Shown: positions 12,480 through 24,592 of the stretch, one piece after another
How the letters are laid out: every line of letters begins with the position of its first letter
Numbering within the stretch: position 1 is the stretch's first letter
Assembly: GCA_040143965.1 (NCBI GenBank)
Contig: JASJQH010006876.1
Span: 62,001 to 92,976 of the forward strand
DNA: 30,976 nucleotides
Direction of reading: 5' to 3'
DNA from: Basidiobolus ranarum
Lineage: Eukaryota
Translations under genes and position numbers: made by a program
The notes under the pieces: model-generated
Databases searched by the model: none
The model's input: the letters and a program-made list of their open reading frames with translations, nothing else
Told to the model about the DNA's origin: nothing

Positions 12480-15400
12480 ATGGTAACATATGTTTACTAT
12501 ACTTACAGCATACCCACATGAAACTAAAACATATGATATCTAGGGGTTCAATACGATTCGTAACTTGGAGGTTACCCTTCATCGTTGCTTCGACTCTAAT
12601 ATATCAGAATCAGAGCGAAAAGAAGCAGGTAAACTCCATGAAAGTATTTCTAATTAAACATCTAGCACTGATACCTTGAATATTATACAGAAACCGCGCT
12701 TTCTAAACACACCTTTAACCCCAATAAGTTTCATGTTCAATGTACCTTTCTCTTACAACACGCTAGCTCTGATTTGACACGTATTCTGGCTTTGTCCTTG
12801 TATGAGGTATTGGCTTTCCTTTCCGAATTCTCTAAGCGATTCTTATATTAACCCGGTTACCTAGAATAGTATCCTAGCCAAGTGGTATAATCTAAAGAAC
12901 ACCGTGAAGAAGGAAATAAGAGATTTCTTCTTTGATTTCCTTGCATCTCAATACAAGAATTTGGTGGCATGCGTATCAGAAAGAGTGATCAAGACAATCA
13001 CGAAAATTGCGCTTCTGGATTGGCCTCACAATTTCCCCGAGATGACAAGAAGAATTACCAAACTAATTACTACTCATTCCACCACAATACCAGGCCTTAA
13101 GTTATTAGAGAATATCACTACTGAGTTCGCATCAAAGCGCTCTAATACCACAGATAAGCGTAAACAGGAAATTCAAGAAACGTTCGGTCAAGATACCGGA
13201 AGTATAGTTAAGACTTTGGTGAATGTCCTTCGAACAAACTACAAGAATGATTTTTCATCTTCTTCGATTCCCAGGAAAAGAGCTAGAGAAATATCACCGA
13301 TAGAAAACTCGTTCGCAGATGTCAACAGTATGCGTTACTTACATATGGCTAACTTATCTTCAAGATTCGTTACTCTGCGTACTATGGTGAGACAAAACAC
13401 CTTTTTTGCTAGTAACCAAACCTCTCCAGCTTTAGATAATCATCTTTCCGAGTCATTAATGGTCAGCAATTTTGCTGATCCAGATAGTGAGAAAGTTTGT
13501 AAGTTCTCGCTGAAGGTATTAATTCAGTTAGTGCCTTGGCTCAATAACAAAGATGGGTCCTTGGAAGCTGTGATGCATATCGTCCTTAAGTACACTGGCC
13601 TTAGTCAGAAGAAAAGTCTGCGCCTTGCCATTCTCGCCATGGAGTGTGTAAATCAGATCATGGAGAGAGGATTTATCCCCGAAAATCCTAGGCCAATGAT
13701 CGGCGCCATGATCAAGTATATCGGTAAAATTGTGGAGCAATTGGGAAATTGGAGCTTGGATACAATGGAGAAGAGCTTTGTGGTGATGAATGAAATGTAT
13801 GTATCCTTGTATAAATCACTGGCTTTCTCGAATCTAAAGCTGAGTCGATTCGCTTTGTATGTAGATATCGGGCGAAATTCATAGATTTTATCAAATCCTT
13901 CCTCGATCATTATTTAACAAAGATGGATAATTTCTCGTGGCTTGGCTTCCAGAACGTAATTGATCATCTCGTCAGATATACTTTAATTCAAGTAAAGTTA
14001 CTCAATGATACATAGCCTATCAAATTGAATATCTCTACTAACATTTAGCTTGATCATAGCCCAAATTTGCTGACATGAGTGGTTTTCTTGACATTTGGAG
14101 TAAACTTCTTGATGGCTTAAGCGCTAAACCTGACAAAGAAGCACCGCTTCTGCTTGAAGAGCAAGGTCCGGTTAAAGGGTCAGTATATACGGATCGATTC
14201 TGAGGAAAATAGACTATTAACGATATCATCCACCCTACAGAAAGTGCATGGAGTTGCTAAACGGTCTGTTGGGGAAAGTAAAAGAGCAAGTATCTCTACA
14301 AGACGTCTTAGATTTTAATCTGGAGAAATCTGCGGTAAGACTCCGATTTATACCACTAATTCCCTAAGTCACTGGCCTAACACCCCATTGCTAGGTGATG
14401 ACAAAGTGCTATGACATCATAGCAAAAGTATCAGCGGTGTTTCCTAATGGGCTCCTAGAAAACTGGGTGAGTACTTGAGAGCAGATTCTTCACAAATGCT
14501 ATCTAAACATATTTCCGTCAAGTATTCCACCTTTACTCAACAATTGGATCACTTGGAGAGATTCCATATCGGGGATCAACAGCCAGGTTTGTTTACTCGC
14601 TTGTCAACCTTTGTTGTGTGTAGAAAATAATCGACTTCATCTACAGAGGGGATCAACAAGATTTCTATCGATGTGAGAGAGTTTGTGTTCAGCCTTTACA
14701 TAATTATGAGATGACTAACTTGATATTAGATCTGTGTTTCCTTGAAGATATTCGAGCGAATCTCCGATGTTCTAGTGAAGAATAGCTATGCATTGCCTTT
14801 TGTAGAAAAGATCATTTCAGTGATGAACCAACTCTCCGCGGAGCATCTTTATGAAATGTTACCTCAATTATCCACCATGTTAGTTGCAATATTTGGAAAT
14901 TCCCTGAAAGTACTTTGTTAATGCTATATTCTTTAGAATGACATCTATGTGCTTATCGCTGAAGCAACTTTCAGGATGGATGCGCGAATACCAACTAATC
15001 AGCTTTGAAGATAATACTCTAATTGATACCTTCAGATATCTCTACTCGGAACTTACTAAAGTTGCTATTGATTTAATCAATTCTAATGTTAGTGCTGTAC
15101 TATTGATCTGAGGTGGTACTAGGTACGAGAGTAAAACTAATGCCATTTGGTAATAGGTGCCCGAAAAGCTTAAGCTTGAAGCTTCTACTATGCTCCTTTG
15201 GATCACTACCGTCCTCCGTTCGGAGGAATTCTTTTCGTTGCCCATTGTAAAGAACTTCCTCGAGTCGCTTACCTCTCTGTCTGCCAACTGGTCTATTAAT
15301 GTAAAAGAGATAGTGTACAAAGCTATTTCCAATAGTATGTTGTTGCCCGATACAAATACTCCAGAAGGAGAGCAGGTTCTCTTTTAGCAAATTATGGCTG

Positions 15401-17070
15401 TGATATATTTACCTTTCTAATACAGCTTTTGTGATCTGTAGAATTGGGACTCTCGACTTGTTCGGTATTCGAAGTTCATGCAAGATTTAATTGAGCCCGC
15501 GCTGAAGTTGAAGCCAGCCGACTCGGAAATCGGCCCTGGCAATCGAGAAGTAGATGGTAATTATGTAAATTGATTGTGTGCTTAATTTCAGATGATTGAC
15601 ATCATCTTAGCTAGGCAATGTATCCTGGATACATACAAAATACTTTCAGGCCTTGTGGAGTCCATACGTACGGAAGGCTTTAACCCCAAGCGTGTTCTCT
15701 TCGAAAGTCTCGGTGCTTTTCTACCGTTGACCATTGAATACCTCGAGTTGTACATGAAGGAATATGGCAAGTGATTTTTCGTCAATGGCCTATGTTTCAT
15801 AACAATAACCATCTAATAGATGTGCTACGGGAGATTCTGGGCTTCCTAGTCGCCTTATTTGATTCTCTTACGAAAGAGATTGGTATGGGCTATGTTGGTG
15901 ATGTGGCTATCATTCTCTTGGGACCATTCACAAGAGATCAGATGGCAGCCCTATTGATGGACCGCGATAACTATGGTATTGGAGTTGTCAACATGTAAGG
16001 TTTGATAATTGTATGCCGTCATCCTAGATATCACACTAACCTAAGATCCCCAAACAAGGTCTTTGAAGGTATTAATCAAAGTAGTGGAAATTTGTGCCAG
16101 TAAATCTACCAAGTCCATAATTCCAGCTGTGACAACAATGTGTCTGGAGAAAATGTATCCAGTAATCGTTGCTAGTCAACAAGTAATAGATATTTAACGG
16201 ATAATATGAATAGATGCACAACAGTTACTTACAAAATCACATTTAGTATGCGGGCGCCGAATATGTCAAGCCGTACTTTTACCAACTGATATTCACGTTG
16301 TTGTACGAAAATTTCGGCCTTTTCTTCCCATCGTCCAAACCAAATTGGTTAACCGATTGGAGAAAGAATGAAGGATCCATTACTGACGAAAATCTGAAAA
16401 AACTCTTTGATGTACGTTTTGATAGGGATTTTACTTGAACCTTCTTATAACATACCATTCGATTATAGGTCATCATGCAGTCATTTAACAGCTCCAATCC
16501 ATATATCATCAATCAAAATATAAGAGCTCTGGAAACACTTAATGAAACACATGGATTATTCAATAAGGTATGTTTCAATGTAACTGTTACTATATTGACC
16601 TAACCCTAACCGCACATGTATCGCATAGGAACTATTCCAAAATGAGTTATTGAAACCATTTTTAAGTACCTTATTCACCCTGCTGATGAACAAGCCACAA
16701 GAGCATCTGAAGAAGGATATAGTAGAATTGATTTGCAAAATGATTGCTGCAAAGTACGAGATGTTTTCACTTGAGGTAAGCCGTCAAAACAGCCACGCTT
16801 AAAGCTCCATAGTATTCTTACCTCATCACTATGCATACAGTTCCTTCCAGAATTTCTTGCCACAAGAACAGATTTAAGTCAACATGATCGTGAGAAGTTG
16901 CTGAATCTATTTCAAAGAAATCAGGTAAGCTGAAGCCGAATAATTCACCCTTCTAATTCAGATTTCTTACGTCAATTTGATTATCGCTTTCGCAGGATTC
17001 CAGAGATATTAAGAAATCTCTCTATACGTTTACCCATGATGCAAACTACTACCAGAAACTATTAATCTAA
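12480..17070 (+). CDS. XPO6: Exportin-6-like karyopherin-beta (about 22 exons)
   Basis: ATG-only first coding exon (12480-12482). The spliced N-terminus (MGFNTIRNLEVTLHRCFDSNISESERKEAE...KIALLDWP...TTIPGLKLL...RKQEI) and C-terminus (QNIRALETLNETHGLFNKELFQ...FLPEFL...HDANYY) parallel metazoan exportin-6 as recalled. The frame is continuous across all hand-placed introns; stop TAA at 17068-17070. Confidence 0.85.
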
Positions 17071-17381
17071 CTCTAAGCACATTGTAAATACTGCTAATTT
17101 GGTATTCGACTGAAATTAGCACTTGTAAATTTGTCTTTTCACTTTTTCGTAATTAGTATACCGTGAGTTTGCCTCATCTTAACCCCCCATTTTCACCAAC
17201 TACTCGCTGAGAACAATCGTTTATTAGTGTATCATACAAATATAGAAATCTAACATCTAGAGTAAGCTTATTTGTGGAGACCGGTAAAGATTTAATTGGC
17301 ATCCATCAATTGTATAATGTAATGGTCGAAATGTCTGCTTTCTAAGAATTGATAAACAACCATATATTACATCTCTTATCT

Positions 17382-18701
17382 TCAAAAATCACTAACAACC
17401 TGAAGATTTCGGTTTTTAAAGTAGTCACTACGCTCATCTGTCTTTGAATTGAACATTTTAACCAACGAATTTTGATTCTCCTCATCGCTTTCCCTGTAGT
17501 TATGAATGTTAGTCAAGTTGAATACGATCATCCATCTAATTGGCAAACATCATACCAAGTAACTTTCACTCCTTGAGCATCAAGCAAACGACTGCAAGTA
17601 GACCAACTAAAGCGAATGATATTGGGATAACCAAAGACCGGATCTAGATTACTTTGAAGCCAAGCAACAGTTTTTGGATCTTCATAGATATTCAAGAGTG
17701 AGGAATCGAACTGAGTATTAGTTCTTAATAATACATAGAGTACCTGATGGATATCCAGAGCCGAATTCTCTAGACACCTCTTCCACACCACTTTCAGCAA
17801 ATACCCAGTCTTTTAGAACATGATCACGGGTAACCTAAAGATTTAAAATGTGAGGTGTTGTACAAATCAATCGTTTGAATTAATGAAGGTATTACCTTGG
17901 CACATATACTAGCAGCACTAACAATCGGATACAAACTATCTGCTTTTTTAGCAACAGTTATTTGAATGGCCGGGAATATGCCTTGCAATTTACGTTGATA
18001 TGTATCGGGTGGACCAACTGTATCAATATATACCTACAGTAATTGAGCTTTGGCTATTTTTTAACCAGTAACTGCTACAAAATTCTTTACCTCTGTTACA
18101 TTAACTCCACTCTTTAATGTATCTCTAATAAGTTGGATGGTAGTATCATGAGCTTGCGAGTTCAAATTGTATTTACTCCTGTAATAAAAGTTTTAGGTAC
18201 GGGTAAACTGAGGGGAGAATCTTGACGAAAGAAGTACCTTCCAAGCATTCCCTGAGAAATGTCTTGGGGTGAAAGAACTCTAACACTCCAACCAATAAAA
18301 TCAGTACTTTCGTTTATGATAGCTAAATGTTCTTCACGTTGCTCTTCCGCTAGTGTTTTAGAATCTAAAATATTCCATTGTTTGAGTAAATGGAGAACTT
18401 GACCGATATCAAATTATTCAACATACCAGCGAAGCCAATTTCTTTTAATTTTTCTTTTAGCGATAAAGGACAGTAACAAATACCATAAACCATAGGGCCT
18501 ACAATGAATTCGAAAAAATATTTATCAATTGGTTAAAATAAAACCCCCGTTACGCTCGAAAATCACAATACCTAATACTGGCCCTCTTCCAGCTTCATCA
18601 ACCCCTAATATGCAAGGAAGCTTAGGGTCTTGTTGGACGAGTGTGGGGAGAGGAGTGGCGTAAGTATATGACTTCAGTAGTGGACCGCTTGGAAGTGACA
18701 T
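17382..18701 (-). CDS. RNH201: Ribonuclease H2 catalytic subunit A (7 introns)
   Basis: [77 protein letters not shown] and IRFSWST. Confidence 0.95.
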
Positions 18702-19100
18702 ATCAGATTGGTAGAGGAATACGAAAAATTCGACAAGTGAGAATACAACGATAACATTCACAAAAAAAGGCAGTCATAACCAAAACAAATATAGCTGAAG
18801 AATGGGATGTAAATAATCAATCCGAGATTTTGAAAATGTACCCAATTTTCAGATATTTTGACCATCTTTAAGCCATCTGTTCATCAAAATAGTTAACACA
18901 GAAATTGAAATATATGTAGTACAAGCATGTAGCCCAGTCTCACTTCCAGCCACTCGAATTTGAAACCGGCCTGTCATTTGATTGTGGGAAAATTCCCAAG
19001 ATAAGTTTAACCGCTTAGTCTGTATTATATTCTAGATGCCTACCTAATGTGTCAACTAGTTCACTTTACTCTGGAATATAACAGTCTACAATCACAGTTG

Positions 19101-19284
19101 TATCAGATATGCGGATATTGTAGACAGTTGTCATGATAAAAGGTACATTTTGCTCTGTTAGGAAATGATTAAGAAAATATATCATTTTATGATAATGTGG
19201 TTATATCGGATTGGATATCTGTCAGATAAGCTATAGCTCCGGGAGGACCACAGCCACCAGATACCTACCAGAACACATCACGTG
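19101..19284. promoter_or_regulatory. Putative BIO2 promoter module: dense GATA/TATC cluster plus a CACGTG E-box
   Basis: 11 GATA/TATC tetramers counted between 19101 and 19263; CACGTG at 19279-19284; 155-340 nt upstream of the BIO2 ATG. Confidence 0.4.
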
Positions 19285-19439
19285 TATACGTACCACACCA
19301 TCCATCCCGAGCTCTAAAAAATGTTGGGCCCCAAAGTATTGAGAATTTATGGTATGTCTAAATAGTCGATACAGACTTTATACTTCTTTATCTATCTCTC
19401 TCTTGACTATTACTCTGGTCTTAAAATAGAAATACCCAA

Positions 19440-20960
19440 ATGCATTCTCTCGCTGCTCTTCGTGTATTAGCCAAGCCTGCTGGCCAATTGTTTGTTGGTA
19501 GAGGCATGCCAATTCGCACTTTGTCAAACTCCGCTTTCAGAGGGTTTGCTACTGTAGAGAGCAAAAAGACTGAGGATAGTCAACAGGCAAAGAGTGGCTT
19601 GTCAGCAGCTGCTATCCATTCTAGTGGCCCACTCCGTAACGACTGGACTAGAGAAGAGATTCAATCCATCTATGATTCTCCCTTTTTAGATCTTCTCTTC
19701 CATGCGGTACTTGTTATTTTATGAATCCATTTGGTATATAGTCACTAAAGCAAGTTTAAACTTATAGGCTAAAGTTCACCGTGAGAACTTTAACCCCCGG
19801 GAAGTACAGCAATGTACTTTGTTGAGTATTAAAACAGGTGGTTGTAGTGAAGACTGTGCTTACTGCCCTCAATCTTCTCGCCATACTACTGAGGTCGAGG
19901 CATCAAAGATGTTGGAGCGTGACATAGTGCTTGAAGCTGCTCGTAAGGCTAAGGATGCTGGAAGTACCCGCTTTTGTATGGGTGCTGCTTGGAGAGAGGT
20001 TGGTGGTAAAAAAAGTAACTTTAAGAATGTCTTGAATTACGTCACAGAAATCAGGTATGTAAATAATTTTGACTGTAGCATAATAAGCATCGTTCTAACC
20101 TCTAACCAATTTTTGCAGAGGAATGGGTATGGAGGTATGCTGTACTCTGGGCATGTTGGATGAATCTCAAGCCAAGGCTTTGAAAAATGCTGGACTTACT
20201 GCTTATAATCATAACCTTGATACATCAAGAGAATATTATTCTAAGGTATTGTTATCGTTACGTCTAGATATATCTCGCATGTTAAACTAAAATTAAATCT
20301 TAAATCTAGATTATTACAACTCGTACTTATGACGAACGTCTTGAAACCATTGCTCGTGCTCGTGAAGCTGGTATTTCTGTTTGCTCAGGTGGTATCATTG
20401 GACTTGGTGAGACAGAGGAAGATAGAGTTGGCCTACTCACTACCTTATCTACTCTTCCTGCCCATCCTGAAAGTGTTCCTGTCAACGCTCTTCTCGCTGT
20501 TAAAGGAACTCCTTTAGAAAACCAAGAGGTACATTTACGAAGTCTTTTGAATTCAATATCCTTTATCTAACGCTTATCTCTATCTAGCCTGTTAATGTAT
20601 GGGATATGGTTAGAATGATCTCTACCGCTAGAATTATTATGCCTAAGTCTATGGTTCGCTTATCTGCAGGCAGAGTTCGCTTCTCCCAACCTGAACAAGC
20701 CCTCTGCTTCTTTGCTGGTGCCAATTCCATTTTCACTGGTGATAAATTATTGACCACTCCTAACAACGAATTCACTGACGATCAACTTATGTTCCAAACC
20801 TTAGGCAAGTTATAATTTATTTTCATTAACTCCATCATTATGTTTTACTCATACCCTCAAAGGCCTTGTTCCTAAGCCCCCCAAATTTGAACAAAGCTCT
20901 TGCAGTGGAGGATGCAGCCACTCTGATGCCGAGCCAAAGCACGCGGACGCTGCCAATTAA
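19440..20960 (+). CDS. BIO2: Biotin synthase (radical SAM) with mitochondrial presequence; 5 introns, the last GC-AG
   Basis: CSEDCAYC radical-SAM motif, [46 protein letters not shown] and [14 protein letters not shown]. Arg/Ala/Ser-rich N-terminus. Confidence 0.96.
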
Positions 20961-21798
20961 ATACCCAAGTAAAAGCGCATATGTACACATCATTCATCTA
21001 TTTTCACGCTGGGTCTGGTCCAAAAACATCACCTTTGCATCATCAGTACACTAGACAACAATATTCAATATCGAATACCCCGACCTTTATTTATTTCTTG
21101 ATTTTAGTTAAGCGATTTATAAACAACGATCTAGTTATTGCAAAACCCGTTCGCTACGTTAAAAATAGCTTATTAAATGAATAAAATGATATATGAATAT
21201 ACATCGTTGACATTTCATCACCTTGGATAGATTTTGTTCCGGTTTTTCAGAATCTATGAATATTCTGTTCTACGACTTGTAGATCGTCATTTTGCATGTA
21301 ATAGAATGCCGGTTCTGGTGGGAGTTCAAGTTTTCCTCTCTTTGGATGCGTTAACTGGGTTCCTCCCATTTCTATAACATTTTTCTACATGCCTTTGCTC
21401 CAAATAAAGTTTAATTAAAATCGAGGCAATCCGCAAATGATACTATATTAGGAGCTTCATCTTGCTAGCGTGTCCTCGACCAGAGGAAATATTCACTTGG
21501 GACAGCTTTCGCGTAACCATGGTGGGATGTTTGAAGGAAAATCTGCACCCCACATTGATCGCTATTAAATAGTGACGTTGTTGGATTACATGTAGGATGT
21601 TGCTGGAGTAAAGAATTCACATGAATTAATAATGATGATTGGAGTATTGTTGATATAAGAACCATTGTTTAAACTCCAATAAGCCGCTGTTTTAATGACA
21701 TTGATTATACCATTATGAAACCTCGGTAAATATCGACAATGTTCGAAATCTATTTAAGTTCTCTTCTTGCGTCGAGTTTCTTCAGAGGTACTACTGAT

Positions 21799-23121
21799 AT
21801 GGTCAATTTGAAAAATACCAACCTTCTGCTTTTGGCCTGCCTTGTGGTGTGTGCTTCCAGTGAGAGAACACAGGCTTCTATAAACCTTCCTAGGGCTCTC
21901 CATTCCAAGTCCAAGGTGTGCAAAAGTACCCTTATTACCAATGGAAACCTCATAGATACCAAAACCAAGAAAACTCAACTTTCTGACATCCTTGTCAGGG
22001 ATGGACGCATAGTAGCCATTAAAAAAGCTGGTACTATTTCAAATCATTTGGCCGCTGAAGTTGTAAATGCCAAGGGTTTGTACGTTACGCCTGGTCTTGT
22101 TGACCTTCACACCCATATTTACTGGGGAGCAACCTATTGGGGAATTGAAGCGGATCCTGTAGCTGCCCGTAGTGGTGTAACTACATGGAATGACGCAGGT
22201 AGCAGTGGTGCTTATACTTTTCCCGGCCTACGCAAATATGTTATTGATCAAACTCGTGCCAGGGCCTTCGTATTCCTCAATATCGCCGCTCAAGGGTTAA
22301 CTTCGCGTACATATGAACTAATCAAAGCCAGTGATGTGGCCGATGTCGAACTTGCTACTTGGACAATTGGTAACAATACTGATGTCATCAAAGGGATCAA
22401 GGTGCGAATGGACTCGGATGCCACCTCTGGTTCAGGTTTAGAAGGATTGAAACGTGCTCGCCAGGTTGCTGACAAGACCAAAGTTCCTATCATGGTTCAT
22501 GTTGGCCATACTCCCCCAGGGATTGATGATATTGCCGAATATCTTGGTAAGGGAGATATTCTAACCCATTGTTTCAATGGACATGAGAATCGTTTAATTG
22601 ATGAGAATGGCCAGCTGCGACCAGTTGTTCACAAATTGAGAGAGAAAGGAGTTCACTTCGATGTTGGACATGGTGGAGGTAGTTTTGATTACCTAGTGGC
22701 TGAGAAAATGATAGCTGCTGGCTTTTTGCCCGATTCAGTTAGTTCTGATTTACATCAGATCTCCACTCTTGGTAGCGCCCAAGATCTTCCAACAGTTCTC
22801 TCAAAGTTGCTTAACCTTGGAATTCCATTGGAAGAATTGATCGCTAAAGCTACCTTAGTCCCAGCTAGAATTCTTGGACATCCAGAATTAGGCCGCCTTC
22901 AGGTTGGTGGTCCAGCTGATATTGCCATTTTCAAATTAGAAAAAGGACATTTCAATTTCACCGATAATACCGGTAATAAACGCAACGGCACAATGAGGAT
23001 AGTAAATACTCATACATTCAGGGATGGAGTCCCTATGTTACAAGTTGAAGCTGCACCACCTGCTTCTTGGGCTCTTAGAGATGCAAAGGTGGTTTCTGGA
23101 GCTAAGCCTCCCACCATCTAA
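21799..23121 (+). CDS. Intronless metallo-dependent amidohydrolase (bacterial dihydroorotase-like / Atu3266-EF0837 deacetylase type) with an N-terminal signal peptide
   Basis: PGLVDLHTH (HxH), GVTTWNDAGSSG, IKGIKVRM (candidate carboxylated Lys), MVHVG, DILTHCF, FDVGHG, SSDLH and PADIAIF. Hydrophobic N-terminus MVNLKNTNLLLLACLVVCASS from the ATG at 21799. Confidence 0.88.
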   Translation: MVNLKNTNLLLLACLVVCASSERTQASINLPRALHSKSKVCKSTLITNGNLIDTKTKKTQLSDILVRDGRIVAIKKAGTISNHLAAEVVNAKGLYVTPGLVDLHTHIYWGATYWGIEADPVAARSGVTTWNDAGSSGAYTFPGLRKYVIDQTRARAFVFLNIAAQGLTSRTYELIKASDVADVELATWTIGNNTDVIKGIKVRMDSDATSGSGLEGLKRARQVADKTKVPIMVHVGHTPPGIDDIAEYLGKGDILTHCFNGHENRLIDENGQLRPVVHKLREKGVHFDVGHGGGSFDYLVAEKMIAAGFLPDSVSSDLHQISTLGSAQDLPTVLSKLLNLGIPLEELIAKATLVPARILGHPELGRLQVGGPADIAIFKLEKGHFNFTDNTGNKRNGTMRIVNTHTFRDGVPMLQVEAAPPASWALRDAKVVSGAKPPTI

Positions 23122-23314
23122 ATTTTGAATGAACAATACCAAATCTATATACCAAATTAGATAAAGCAGAGTAAAGACCAAAAATTCTGACAGTTCTATA
23201 TATTTTTCTTGTTTAATAAAACCTGATGCTTTTGTTCCATATACAAAGATAAATTCATAAGCATTAATTAGAGACTCATTCTTTTAGCTTGATAATTACA
23301 TGATTTGTACAATA

Positions 23315-24054
23315 TCAAAGATAGCCTTTTCCACGACAAACCGGACATATAGAAGGCGCAAATGTGTTTGCTAGACTAGATATGATAGGGAGGTGAACGG
23401 AAAGAGTATCATTGCCTTGACCTAAACAGATTATTAGTTTGGGCTCGCTTAATTATTTAAAGGCATTCACTTACCTTTGCATTTGTAACATGGACGACCA
23501 TTCACAACATAAACTCCAGGTGCAATAGTGACTCCTGGTTGGTATGCTCCTGAGTGAATCAATTGTTGTCCATATGGGCAATGGGAACAAAGTTTTCCGG
23601 GTCGTTTCCAACCTTTATTCCCACAGTGCTTACAAACAAAGTTAAAGTTCATTTGAACGTTAGGTGGAGCCATATAACCAACAGGTCGATACTGATTATA
23701 TCCAGTTACTGGTACTGGCGGTTGTAAAGGTATAGAACCCGGGAAAGCATTGGGTGGTATGTTGGGATTAAGATAAGGATTTTGTTTTTGGGTATTTGGA
23801 TTCTGACTTGGGTTATAATATGAAGAGTTTGAAGGACCAGGTTGGTAATATTGTGAGTAATTTTGTGCTGGAGCGTGTTGATTTTGAGTGTTGTGTTGAT
23901 ATGGGTTTCCATTAGGTGATTGTTGCTGGGGAGTATATGCGCTTTGACTGGTACCTGCTGCAGGATATTCTGGATAAGGCGTATATGGAGGAGGAGCCTC
24001 CGTGGGTGGGACCTCATCGTTCATATTTTGTGAAAGCCCGTTGTTTGGATTCAT
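23315..24054 (-). CDS. HUA1-like proline-rich protein with a PPxY motif and DnaJ-type CxxCxGxG zinc finger; intron 23422-23474
   Basis: APPPYTPY, a Pro/Gln/Tyr/Asn-rich region, CKHCGNKGWK, CSHC, CYKCKGQG and a spliced C-terminal CPVCRGKGYL*. Confidence 0.75.
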
Positions 24055-24592
24055 ATTTTAGAATGGATAGAGTTGTCTTTTCAGTTCGAACAGTTTGGTT
24101 TTATTCATATTCCTCAACTCTGATCTGGAACTACTAAATAGAACATGCCAAGACTTGAAATTCTAAAATGAGATATATCAACGCACGTGATTGTCGGTAC
24201 AGGTTGAAGGCTGCATATGAGACATTTATGTATGAATAGTTAGCATTTTACAAGTAATTTTGCATACTAAATAGGCAAACAAATTCTTCAGAGCTTCTTG
24301 AGCAAGTGCGCCATAAACTAGTACAATATTTAAATGATCCGGGACATTTGATTTTATATCGTTTGAAACTGAAAGACGATTGTATCTACATACAGTACAT
24401 TAGTGATGAGTATGTGGTAAATAAAAGTGATTTAAAATGCCAAGTGAACGATTTGGGTGTAAATATGCCAGAGAACTTGAAGTCGACCATCAAGAAATGT
24501 CCAGGAATAGGACAAAACAATATTTTAGCTGATAAATGTAGTTGGTATAGTAGAAATCTATGTAAAGTTGTCTCATAATTTAGAATGGTATT

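Noticed and set aside
21739-21798. Upstream in-frame ATG of the amidohydrolase
   Set aside because: The second ATG (21799) places the hydrophobic segment in a typical signal-peptide position.
24306-24578. 90-aa plus-strand ORF between the HUA1-like gene and MRS2
   Set aside because: GTG start, lies antisense to the probable MRS2 3' UTR, no motif.
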